NCBI GenBank assembly: GCA_964250115.1
Contig: CAXUEW010000002.1
Span: 1,728 to 46,513 of the forward strand
Length of the DNA: 44,786 nucleotides
Direction of reading: 5' to 3'
Source: an uncultured Terriglobus sp.
GTDB lineage: Bacteria > Acidobacteriota > Terriglobia > Terriglobales > Acidobacteriaceae
This document shows, in pieces, positions 9,242 through 17,846 of this stretch (its first letter is position 1; every line of letters starts with the position of its first letter). The notes beneath the pieces are model-generated. The model saw only the letters and a program-made list of their open reading frames with translations. It had not been told where the DNA came from and made no database searches. A program made the position numbers and the translations under genes.

Positions 9242-10381
9242 CTATGAAACGCCGGGTGAAGTTACATGTGGATACACCCTGGTGTGGTGTGCCGCGTCGC
9301 CCAATACATCTGCCTCAATCAGCGCCGTTGAAAACGCGTATTCAGTAACCTGCCGGCAAGGCTTACCGGGCTGCAGAAGAATGCTTCCAAGCTGCGGTAC
9401 GTTGATGCCGTCGGGATATCCCTCACACTCAAGGCAAAGGCCCGCATGACGCCCGTAAGGCTTGCCGCTCTTGCCAATGATGCTGCCGTCCAGCGAAGCT
9501 CCCGTGTAGAGCTGGAGGTACTGCTCCGTGGTGAAAACATGGAGCACCCTGCCGCTACCGGAATCTGTCAGCCGTGCCGCAAGAACCAAGGACTTTGGAT
9601 CTGCACCTGCACCAGTAGAGCGGAGTTGATATAGGTCGCCATGGTTTTGGTATAGCCGCGGAATCGCTGCACCCAGAGAGCGCGTTTCGCGGAAATCATT
9701 CGCTGCATTCACCGGTTCGAGCTTGCCCATCAGAGTCAGGTCTTCGCCGGTGGGTACAAACATGTCCGCGAGAATACCTATCGCGTGGCCCACAACAGAG
9801 GCAGACTCTTCGCCTGCAAGATTGAAGTAGGAGTGGTGCGTCAGACTGAAAGGCGTTGGAGCATCCGTCACGCCTTCAGTTTCTATGCGGAAGATGTTTT
9901 CCGCTGTCACCGTGTAAGTGACCGTCACATGCACCGTTCCGGGATAACCCTCTTCACCGCATGGGCTGGTATAGGTAAGCCGTAGGGACACTTCTTCATT
10001 GGTCTGCGTCAGGGCAGTGCCGACCCATAACTTTCTGTTGAAGCCGACGGTGCCGCCATGAAGATGATTTGGAGGGTCGTTGAGGGTCAGCCGGTATCCC
10101 TCTTCATGGATCGAGAAACGCCCGCCCGTTATGCGGCCTGCGACACGGCCCGCGATGGCTCCAAAGTAGGCTTTGCTTTCTAAGTAGGATTCGAGGTCGT
10201 CGTAGCCCAGCACGACATCGGCAAGCCGCCCGTCGCGGTCCGGTACCAGCAGGCGCGAGACAGTACCGCCATACGCAAGCACCTCAAGCTGCAGGCCGGC
10301 GCGCCCGGTTAACGTCCAGGCCGTAACGCACTCGCCCGTGGGCAGAAAGCCGAAGGTCCGTGATGTGAGAGATGCGGTCAC
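9242..10381 (-). CDS. galM: Aldose 1-epimerase (galactose mutarotase)
   Basis: GAIAGRVAGRI, NHLHGG, GEEGYPG, THHSYFNL, QLYTG and LCLE motifs. GTG start. Confidence 0.9.
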   Translation of the reverse strand: MTASLTSRTFGFLPTGECVTAWTLTGRAGLQLEVLAYGGTVSRLLVPDRDGRLADVVLGYDDLESYLESKAYFGAIAGRVAGRITGGRFSIHEEGYRLTLNDPPNHLHGGTVGFNRKLWVGTALTQTNEEVSLRLTYTSPCGEEGYPGTVHVTVTYTVTAENIFRIETEGVTDAPTPFSLTHHSYFNLAGEESASVVGHAIGILADMFVPTGEDLTLMGKLEPVNAANDFRETRSLGAAIPRLYQNHGDLYQLRSTGAGADPKSLVLAARLTDSGSGRVLHVFTTEQYLQLYTGASLDGSIIGKSGKPYGRHAGLCLECEGYPDGINVPQLGSILLQPGKPCRQVTEYAFSTALIEADVLGDAAHHTRVYPHVTSPGVS

Positions 10382-10402
10382 AGCAATCGCCTGAGACTAC
10401 TA

Positions 10403-10465
10403 ACACTATCGGGGCGTGCCGGTCGCCGTCTTCTCGACAGGTGCGCGGAAGTTATCGTATCTTGT
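10403..10465 (-). promoter_or_regulatory. Putative AraC-activated promoter of the galM-oxygenase operon
   Basis: Minus strand reads ACAAGATACGATAAC-N14-CGAGAAGACG-N18-TAGTGT, the same layout as 15047-15109. Confidence 0.6.
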
Positions 10466-10471
10466 CGGCAC

Positions 10472-11383
10472 ATGCTGGAAGACCTAAAAATCGGCAAGGG
10501 CTATGACGGATTTCTGTACTTGGTAGAGTCCACGCGAAATCCTCCCATGCTGAAGAGCCATCATCACGTTGAGCTTGAGCTCAACCTTGTGGTGCGTGGA
10601 ACGGTCACCTACGTCGTGGGCGGTCGAAGGTTCACGTTCGGTGCACGTACGGTGCTCTGGCTGTTTCCTGAGCAGGAACACCAGTTGGTCGACCGCTCCG
10701 ATGACGCGCAGTGTTATGTGGCCGTTTTTACGCCTTCGCTTATTGCAAGGTCCTGCCGCACGGATGCTTACAAAGGATTGAAGAACACCCGGTATGAACA
10801 GTATGGTGCGCTGAACACGCGGCTTGAGCCCAACTCATTCGACCTGGTGCGCAAGACGATGGATTCACTGATGCAGGATGCTCTTGACCCAAACCTGCTG
10901 AATAGCGAAGCAGGATTCGGTGTAAACTCCGCCTTCTCATTCGCCCATGGTGACCCTGACGGCCTCAATGCAGGCCTGCATCATTTGCTGCTGCTGTGCT
11001 GGCGAAGCCAACGGACTGGCAAGGTACTGGGCGATGCCGTCGCTCTGCATCCCGTGGTGTGCCGGGCGCTGAAGCTGTTGAGCGAAAACCGGTGGGATGA
11101 CAACCTGGGCAAGTTAGCCAAAGCCTGTGGAGCAAGTGAAGCCCACCTTAGCCGCACGTTTCGCAAGCAGGTGGGCGTGCCGCTCACGCGCTATCGGAAC
11201 TCGCTCAGGCTGGCCCGCTTCTGGGAACACTACCGCCAGCCCGAACAGAAAACCCTTGCAGAGTCAGTCTATGCAGCCGGGTTCGGCAGCTATGCGCAGT
11301 TCTACAAGGTGTTCTTGCAAACTTATGGATGCGGACCTCGCGCAAGCCTTACAACCGCGTGCACAGAGGACGGTAAAGCATGA
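10472..11383 (+). CDS. AraC-family transcriptional regulator
   Basis: N-terminal cupin (HHHVELELNLV) and C-terminal double HTH (LAKACGASEAHLSRTFRK...AAGFGSYAQFYKVF...GCGP). Confidence 0.92.
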   Translation: MLEDLKIGKGYDGFLYLVESTRNPPMLKSHHHVELELNLVVRGTVTYVVGGRRFTFGARTVLWLFPEQEHQLVDRSDDAQCYVAVFTPSLIARSCRTDAYKGLKNTRYEQYGALNTRLEPNSFDLVRKTMDSLMQDALDPNLLNSEAGFGVNSAFSFAHGDPDGLNAGLHHLLLLCWRSQRTGKVLGDAVALHPVVCRALKLLSENRWDDNLGKLAKACGASEAHLSRTFRKQVGVPLTRYRNSLRLARFWEHYRQPEQKTLAESVYAAGFGSYAQFYKVFLQTYGCGPRASLTTACTEDGKA

Positions 11384-11474
11384 CCTTGCTTTGTGAACCG
11401 CCGGCAAGCATGTTCATTGTGCGTCGTCCTAACACGGCACATGATCGTCTGTGTTGCCTGTGTAGAGTGCACGC

Positions 11475-13634
11475 TCATGCACGCGAAACTTCCAGCACCT
11501 CGACAGAGAGGGAGGATGGGAACTGGATCTGCACGCCTTTCGACCAATCGGCCTGAGAAAAGGTGCCCAGATCGGCTCCTGTCATCACAGAACGCACCTT
11601 GAAGTTTCCTGACGGCATAACCGGCAGTTGCACCAGTGCCGACTTCAATGCAGAGCGGTTGCGAAAGACTGCGATCACGCCATCGCCGCTGTGTGCCATC
11701 CGGGCAAAGCCATCCCAGGTGTCAGAAGAAGTCTGTTGCCAACTGCCCAGGGGAAAGAAGCTCTGGCTGATCTTCACTTTGCGCCGGAATGTCTTGAACC
11801 AGCCAACCTTCTCGCGATACCACGAGCGGTCGCTGCTGCTCAACTTGCGGAGATCACCCAGCAGCAATGGAGCCGAACCGATCGCGGTTGCGAAGCTTTC
11901 TTCGCGAGATGGCAGCTCCGCATGGATATTGCCGATCAACATACTTTCCGCGGGCATGGACGCCACGCGATGGTAGAGCAGTTGCCGCGCCTGGATCGGC
12001 CCCGCAGACTCAGGCTGCGTGTCGTCCACGTTGCTCAACCAGTCCAGATCACCGGCGGCTAGCAGGCCTGCATCGATCAGGTGCTTCTGTCCCCATAACT
12101 CAAAGGTCAAATCGAGTAGAACGTCAGGATGCTTGGCATAGATCTTGCGAGTAACGTAAGCAATGCCCTCGTAGATTCTGTTCAACGATTCGGCCCACGA
12201 ACCGTGATCGTGCCCCTTGGCCCAGCAGCCCGGAGCTTCGCCATACGCATTGAAAATGGTCGTGATGTCCAGCTTGACATAAGCCAGGTGGAATTGTTCG
12301 ATGGCATCGTTGATGCGATCGGCAGCCGCGTCTCGAAAGTTACTTGCGAGGCACATGACAACCTTCTCGCCAGCCGCCGTGCCCGTGGTTTTCACTTTGC
12401 CTTCGATATCTTTGGATGCCCACTCAGGATGATTCACGGCATCCTTCGTCGCCTTGCCTATGGCCGCCATGGGTATCCAAAGGCCAAGCCGCATACCCTT
12501 GGCTTCCAGCGTCTGCTGTATCGATTTCAGGCCACCCGGAAACGCCTTGTCATCGACAGTGTTCTCGCCGTACTCCTTCTGCCAACCATCATCGATCGTG
12601 AAGATTTCGAGACCCATGGCACTCGCGGCGTCGATCAGTTCCATCACCAGGTCATGGTTTACGGTTCGCTGGAAAGGCTCCCACGTGTTGTAAATCCACG
12701 GCGGCCCCTGCGCATTCACGCGGCGCATCAGGACCTCTGCAGTGTAGGAGGGCAAGACCCAACGAGGATCCTGAAAGGCATCTCCGCGACGAAAGGTAAC
12801 CAGAGACACGCTTGCCGTCACAAACGTTTCACCGCTCGCGATCTTGCGTTCGAAAGGCATCAGATCGGTGTCGTAAAGCGCAAGGACGCGAATGTTGTCC
12901 TTGTCGTCCCATCCAGCAATCTCGGTGCGTTTCATGTAGCCGGGCACCTCGCTAATGACGGCAATACCAGCCTTGGTGCGGCTGTTGGTCAGCAGCAAAG
13001 CGGCGTCTTCCGATCGCCCTGTGTAGAAGATTTCTCGTGGCTGCGAACCATACTGCGCATCCAATACGGTCTCGTACTCCGGCCCCATGGAAATTGCCAA
13101 GGCTTCGATGGTCAGATGGGTTAGCCGCAGTCCTGCTGCTCCGGTGTTGGTGATGGCGAGCGACTTACGAATAGCCGGATGACCTTCATAGGTCTGGTAG
13201 ATGACGAATATATCCAGCGGCAAGACTTTATGCCGCAGCTTAACCGTCAAGGATGTTCCATTGGGCAACGTTCCATGATCCACGCCTAACAGGGCAAAAT
13301 CGAGGCCAACGCCCTGGCAGATGCGGCCTTCACACTGAAAAGAGAACTCCGTCCTGGTTCTGCGCCGGTTTCCAGCGCCTGGAGCTGCCGCCGAAACGAA
13401 ATTTGCTCCAGTCACTTTGTCACCGAGCATTTCCGTAAGCAGCCCTTGGATGGACGAGTAACTTACAACGCGCTCAATCTGAGCGTTGCCGATTGTCCAT
13501 CGCTGAACCTCACTCCCAGGCTGCTGCGCGACGGCAGCTTCCGTCAACAGTCCGGGTAGAACAAGCCCGGCAGACACCATGGCCGTTGCGTCTAGGACTA
13601 ACTGTCTACGAGTGATCAGGTTTGTCTTTTGCAT
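11475..13634 (-). CDS. Alpha-galactosidase-like glycoside hydrolase (GH36-like), Tat-exported
   Basis: YNTWE, IDDGWQ, FPGG, MRLGLW and YVKLD motifs. Twin-arginine signal ITRRQLV. AGGAG precedes the ATG at 13634. Confidence 0.8.
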   Translation of the reverse strand: MQKTNLITRRQLVLDATAMVSAGLVLPGLLTEAAVAQQPGSEVQRWTIGNAQIERVVSYSSIQGLLTEMLGDKVTGANFVSAAAPGAGNRRRTRTEFSFQCEGRICQGVGLDFALLGVDHGTLPNGTSLTVKLRHKVLPLDIFVIYQTYEGHPAIRKSLAITNTGAAGLRLTHLTIEALAISMGPEYETVLDAQYGSQPREIFYTGRSEDAALLLTNSRTKAGIAVISEVPGYMKRTEIAGWDDKDNIRVLALYDTDLMPFERKIASGETFVTASVSLVTFRRGDAFQDPRWVLPSYTAEVLMRRVNAQGPPWIYNTWEPFQRTVNHDLVMELIDAASAMGLEIFTIDDGWQKEYGENTVDDKAFPGGLKSIQQTLEAKGMRLGLWIPMAAIGKATKDAVNHPEWASKDIEGKVKTTGTAAGEKVVMCLASNFRDAAADRINDAIEQFHLAYVKLDITTIFNAYGEAPGCWAKGHDHGSWAESLNRIYEGIAYVTRKIYAKHPDVLLDLTFELWGQKHLIDAGLLAAGDLDWLSNVDDTQPESAGPIQARQLLYHRVASMPAESMLIGNIHAELPSREESFATAIGSAPLLLGDLRKLSSSDRSWYREKVGWFKTFRRKVKISQSFFPLGSWQQTSSDTWDGFARMAHSGDGVIAVFRNRSALKSALVQLPVMPSGNFKVRSVMTGADLGTFSQADWSKGVQIQFPSSLSVEVLEVSRA

Positions 13635-13660
13635 CAGGTACTCCTGTGACAAGTGGGAAA

Positions 13661-15007
13661 TTAGATTTCAACCTGCTGTACCCAGTACGCCTCGATCGTT
13701 TCCAGCGACCGGCCGTTGGTTTCCGGAACAAAGCGCCAGGTAAACAACGCCTGCGCCACCGCCATGGTCCCAAGGAATCCGAAGGTAAAAGCTTTACCCG
13801 CATGAAAGAACACCAGCGGAAAGAACAGTACCACCACCGCATTTGCTACCCACTGGGAAAGTACGGGCACAATCATGGCCGCGCCGCGCACATCGTTGGG
13901 GAAGATTTCAGCCACCAGCGTCCAGAAGACGGGACCGATGCATGCCGAAAAGAATGCCAGGTAAGCCAGAATCAGCACAAGCACAAACATGCCGTGAAAC
14001 ATGCCTGCAAGTGACGCAAACAAAAGCAGGAACAGCGTTACCGCCATGCCGAGTGAACCCGTGATGTACAACGGCTTGCGACCGAACCGGTCAATCGCCC
14101 AGAACGAAATGCAGGTAAACACAAGCTCAGTAACACCGACAAAGAAGGTTGAAATCAAGGCCGCATCCAGAGTCCATCCGGCGGATTGGAAGATCACCGG
14201 CGCGTAGTCGATGATGGTGTTGATGCCGGAGAAATGAATCAAAACAGCCAGCACCAGGGCGGCCTTCAGCGCGCGTCTCACCCCCGGCCGGGCCGTCACG
14301 GACAGTCCGCTTACCGTGGTTCGATCCTGCTCCTCAATGGATATGAGTTCCGTCGCAGCTTCATCGGGACCGATCAGCCGTTGCAACAGAGTCAGGGCTT
14401 CGCCCCGCCGCTTCGTCCGCACCAGGAAACGCGGCGTCTCAGGAGCAACAAGCATCAAGGCGAAAAACACTGCGGACGGAAGCACGCCAGAGAGAAACAT
14501 CCATCGCCAGTTGTCCGGTCCACTATTACGCAGGAGATAGTTAATGCAGTAAGACACCAGGATGCCCAGGATGATGGACAACTGGTAGAGCGTGCCCATG
14601 CGACCGCGAAACGCGGCCGGTGCGATCTCGGCAACATACAGCGGACAAAGCAGCGACGCAGCGCCCACGGCTAGTCCGCCCAGAAACCGGGCAGCAAGAA
14701 AGCTCCAGAAATTCGGAGCGGCGGCGGTCGCAATCGACGTGAGTGCAAAAGCGACAGCAACCCAAATCAACAACCCTTTACGGCCGTAACGATCAGCACC
14801 TTTACCCGCCAGGTAACTGCCACCAACGCATCCGAAGAGGAGCGAGCTGAAGGCCCAACCAAGGCTCAGGTTTGAGAGATGGAAGTGCTGCGTTAGAAAA
14901 GGTCCGGCACCGGTGATGATCGCGATGTCGAAACCAAACAACAGACCGCCAAACGCCGCAGCCGACGAGAGCAGGACTAATAGCCGAAGATTCAGGAGTG
15001 ATTTCAT
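13661..15007 (-). CDS. MFS sugar porter (SP family)
   Basis: GGLLFGFD, DRYGRK, PLYVAEIAP, PETPR, GINTIIDYAP, DRFGRK, AEIFP and PET motifs; 12-TM pattern. The start could instead be TTG at 15013. Confidence 0.93.
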   Translation of the reverse strand: MKSLLNLRLLVLLSSAAAFGGLLFGFDIAIITGAGPFLTQHFHLSNLSLGWAFSSLLFGCVGGSYLAGKGADRYGRKGLLIWVAVAFALTSIATAAAPNFWSFLAARFLGGLAVGAASLLCPLYVAEIAPAAFRGRMGTLYQLSIILGILVSYCINYLLRNSGPDNWRWMFLSGVLPSAVFFALMLVAPETPRFLVRTKRRGEALTLLQRLIGPDEAATELISIEEQDRTTVSGLSVTARPGVRRALKAALVLAVLIHFSGINTIIDYAPVIFQSAGWTLDAALISTFFVGVTELVFTCISFWAIDRFGRKPLYITGSLGMAVTLFLLLFASLAGMFHGMFVLVLILAYLAFFSACIGPVFWTLVAEIFPNDVRGAAMIVPVLSQWVANAVVVLFFPLVFFHAGKAFTFGFLGTMAVAQALFTWRFVPETNGRSLETIEAYWVQQVEI

Positions 15008-15046
15008 TCGCAAACGCGCCAGACAAGATGGCTCGACTCGTGAACG

Positions 15047-15109
15047 AACTTACAGCCTCAGGAGGAACATCGTCCTCTCGTTACCTGTCTAAGAGTGATC
15101 GTGTTTTGT
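15047..15109 (-). promoter_or_regulatory. Putative AraC-activated promoter of the MFS-GH36 operon
   Basis: Minus strand reads ACAAAACACGATCAC-N14-CGAGAGGACG-N18-TAAGTT, matching 10403-10465 without gaps. Confidence 0.6.
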
Positions 15110-15196
15110 GCCGGGATCTGATCGCGCTCTTTGCGTCAATCCTTTGAGGCCGCGATAGCTGCCTCTGCCTGCCACACCAGGTCGAGTGGTCAGCAA

Positions 15197-15760
15197 CTAA
15201 TTAGGGCGCTTGCGAAGCAGAACGCCCAGGCCCAGAACTCCCGTTCCAAGCAGCAGTAGCGCCGAAGGCTCTGGCGTAACGGCGGCAGGCGGCACCAGGG
15301 TTAGCGTGCCTGACGTTACCTGGCTAAAATCCACGCCGCTGCTCAACACCTCAACGGCACTCACCTGGGAACCACAAGTCCGGGTGGTGGAGCAGAGGGC
15401 CCCACCGGTGTACCCGATAAGTGAGGTCGAGGGTAGCGACAAGTCAAAATCGAAAGGCGAACCGCTTCCAGTACCAGCAAAGTCATTGCTGCTATAACCG
15501 GTTCCTGTGCTCGTGTTGATGGGCGTGCCAGTGAAGTTGTAAGCCGTTCCTGTGACCAGGCCGCCGAACGTCACGCCCGTGTACAGGAAACGGATTGCAG
15601 AATCAGTGAACCTGCCCGTGGTCGCATTCAGCGTAATGGTGCCGGACAAGGTACCCGACGAGGCGGTGCCGCTGAGATTGAAAATGCTGATAGTGTCTGC
15701 GTGAGCGGCCGTGAATGAGCTGATGAGAGCGATTGAGGCCAGGGCGAGTCGAAGTCGCAT
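15197..15760 (-). CDS. PEP-CTERM sorting-domain protein
   Basis: Signal peptide MRLRLALASIALISSFTAAHA, Ser/Thr/Gly-rich body, C-terminal VTPEPSALLLLGTGVLGLGVLLRKR. AGGAGA precedes the ATG at 15760. Confidence 0.88.
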   Translation of the reverse strand: MRLRLALASIALISSFTAAHADTISIFNLSGTASSGTLSGTITLNATTGRFTDSAIRFLYTGVTFGGLVTGTAYNFTGTPINTSTGTGYSSNDFAGTGSGSPFDFDLSLPSTSLIGYTGGALCSTTRTCGSQVSAVEVLSSGVDFSQVTSGTLTLVPPAAVTPEPSALLLLGTGVLGLGVLLRKRPN

Positions 15761-15908
15761 GAATGTCTCCTGATAGCAAGACGGCATGTGGCCTCCACCT
15801 GGATTTATCCTTGCGGACAACGCTGATATCACCCGTGAAAAAAGATCTTGGTCAAGCGAGGCCGGGCAGCGGGCCAACGCCCGAACCGGCCGGCACTATG
15901 CTTGAGGC

Positions 15909-16370
15909 ATGCAGCTGAAACAGCGCATGCTTGGCCTGGATATCGGTGACCGCCGCGTAGGCATCGCCATGACGGACGCGCTTGGCATCGCACACCCCCT
16001 GATGACCATGGGCCGATCCAACGAGAAGCGGGAACTGAAGAACATCGGACGGCTCCTTCGTAAGCATGAGATTGCCGGCATCGTGGCCGGTAACCCGCTG
16101 CACATGTCAGGCGAACCGTCGCCTCAGGCAGAAAAGGCACAGCGATTCGCGGAGGCGCTTCGTGAGTCCTTTACCATTCCGGTGTACCTGCAGGACGAGC
16201 GCCTTTCAAGCTTAGCCGCGCATGAATTGATGGATCGCCTGGGGCACGCCCGTGGGCCAGGCAGAAAGGCCGTGCTGGACCAGTACGCCGCCGTCGTCAT
16301 TCTGCAGGACTGGATCGACGCGCAGGAAAGACGCGGGCACCACGACCGGCAGCAAGACCAGCCGGGATGA
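15909..16370 (+). CDS. ruvX: YqgF/RuvX family nuclease
   Basis: LGLDIGDRRVGIA, VAGNP, QDERLSS and DQYAAVVILQ motifs. Confidence 0.92.
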   Translation: MQLKQRMLGLDIGDRRVGIAMTDALGIAHPLMTMGRSNEKRELKNIGRLLRKHEIAGIVAGNPLHMSGEPSPQAEKAQRFAEALRESFTIPVYLQDERLSSLAAHELMDRLGHARGPGRKAVLDQYAAVVILQDWIDAQERRGHHDRQQDQPG

Positions 16371-16498
16371 CGGTGGGCTTTGCACCCTGTGGTCAGCTTA
16401 GGAACACGCCCACCGGTCGGTCGCTATAATCAGCACTTACGCGTGGCCGCTGCTGGCGCCCGGCACCCCACGCCATCCTCACGGAACGGAACTGACAC

Positions 16499-16966
16499 AT
16501 GCTGGACGTTACCAAGAAGCTTGAAGAACAGATTCGGGCGCTCGAATATGAATTGACCAACGAACTGCCGGCTGAGATCAAGCGCGCCGTCGCCTTGGGC
16601 GACCTGAGCGAAAACGCAGAATACCACTCGGCCAAGCAGCGGCAGGAGTTCGTCAATGCCCACTTGGGCCAGTTGAAGAGGCGCATGGCAGAATTGTCGC
16701 TTGTGAATCTGGCCAACATCCCGCACGACCGCGTCGGTTTCGGATCGACCATCGTCGTCTTCGATCAGAGCAAGAACGAAGAATTGACCTACAAACTGGT
16801 CACCAGCGAAGAGAGCGACGTCACCAAGGGCCTGATCAGCACCACGTCGCCCATCGGCCGGGCGCTGGTGGGCAAGCAGGTTGGCGATGAGACAACGGTA
16901 GTCACACCAAACGGTAAGCGTGAACTGGAAATCCTGAAGGTCAGCACGATTCACGACGCAGCATAG
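16499..16966 (+). CDS. greA: Transcription elongation factor GreA
   Basis: GDLSENAEYHSAK, VGFGS and ISTTSPIGRALVGK motifs. Confidence 0.93.
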   Translation: MLDVTKKLEEQIRALEYELTNELPAEIKRAVALGDLSENAEYHSAKQRQEFVNAHLGQLKRRMAELSLVNLANIPHDRVGFGSTIVVFDQSKNEELTYKLVTSEESDVTKGLISTTSPIGRALVGKQVGDETTVVTPNGKRELEILKVSTIHDAA

Positions 16967-17003
16967 CGTCATTTGCAGGGTTCAAAAGCAGAACGCAAAG
17001 GTA

Positions 17004-17045
17004 GCGCGAAGGCCGCAGAGTGAGCTTCCTCTGCGGCCTTCGTGC
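17004..17045. terminator. Hairpin between convergent greA and dps, inside a short GCGAAG/CTTCGC-repeat tract
   Basis: cgaaggccgcagag (17007-17020) pairs with ctctgcggccttcg (17029-17042). Further partial arm copies extend to ~17095. Confidence 0.6.
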
Positions 17046-17108
17046 ACTCCATAGCGGCCTTCGCGCGCACTTCCTTCGCGAACTTCGCGTTCTACTTAAG
17101 GCACGGAC

Positions 17109-17651
17109 CTACTGAACGTCGCCGGCTTCCATGTGGCTCTCAAGAAAATAGAGTTCCTCTTCGGCATCCACGATCAACTGATTAAAGAAGTCCGCTGAAG
17201 GCTTGTCGCCGATGTCGTCGATCTTCTCGGACACATCACGCATCAGTCCACAGTACGTGCCGAGCGAGTCCGCCAGCGCCTTCAGGTGCTCCGGCCCGCT
17301 TATTGCGTCCACGTTGTATGGCGGTATCGCGCTAGTCGCGGCAGACTGCCGGACGGTACCGTTCGCTGTGCCGCCCAGTTGCGTGATGCGCTCGGCGATG
17401 GGGTCGATCTGCTTGAAGATCGTCTTCGCCACATCATCGAACACCAGGTGCAACTGGTAGAAGTTCATGCCCTTCACGTTCCAGTGGGCGAACTTTGCCT
17501 GCGAATACATGTCAAGCGACGCGGCAAGGGTCTTGCTCATCTCCTCGACGACCTTCTTCTTCACGTCGTCGCTGAGTGCAACGCGGTTCTTGTACATCCG
17601 TGTGGGCAACTTTGCCCCGTTCTTGGTTTCGGTCTTCGCTTCTTTCGCCAT
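17109..17651 (-). CDS. dps: Dps-family DNA protection/ferritin-like protein
   Basis: AHWNVKG, FYQLHLVFD, IDPIAERITQLGG and LYFLESH ferroxidase motifs. Confidence 0.92.
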   Translation of the reverse strand: MAKEAKTETKNGAKLPTRMYKNRVALSDDVKKKVVEEMSKTLAASLDMYSQAKFAHWNVKGMNFYQLHLVFDDVAKTIFKQIDPIAERITQLGGTANGTVRQSAATSAIPPYNVDAISGPEHLKALADSLGTYCGLMRDVSEKIDDIGDKPSADFFNQLIVDAEEELYFLESHMEAGDVQ

Positions 17652-17846
17652 GGGTTCTTTCTGTGCCTTTCAGCCTTTGGATGCCGAATGCCCAGCGAAC
17701 GATATTTCCAGTTAGCGCCAAATTAGCCGCCACACGAGATGGATTGCAAGCCGCAGGGAGTAGAAGGAGACTGTTCCAGCACGCCGATGCTAGACTTCTG
17801 CCGATCCTTACTGTCGAAATCCACATTGCATTTCTGAGGCTGCCTG

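Noticed and set aside
15761-15900. Search for the 11-bp TTGAG motif upstream of the first PEP-CTERM gene and the IPT gene
   Set aside because: Isolated TTCAG/TTGAG words occur but not at 11-bp pitch.
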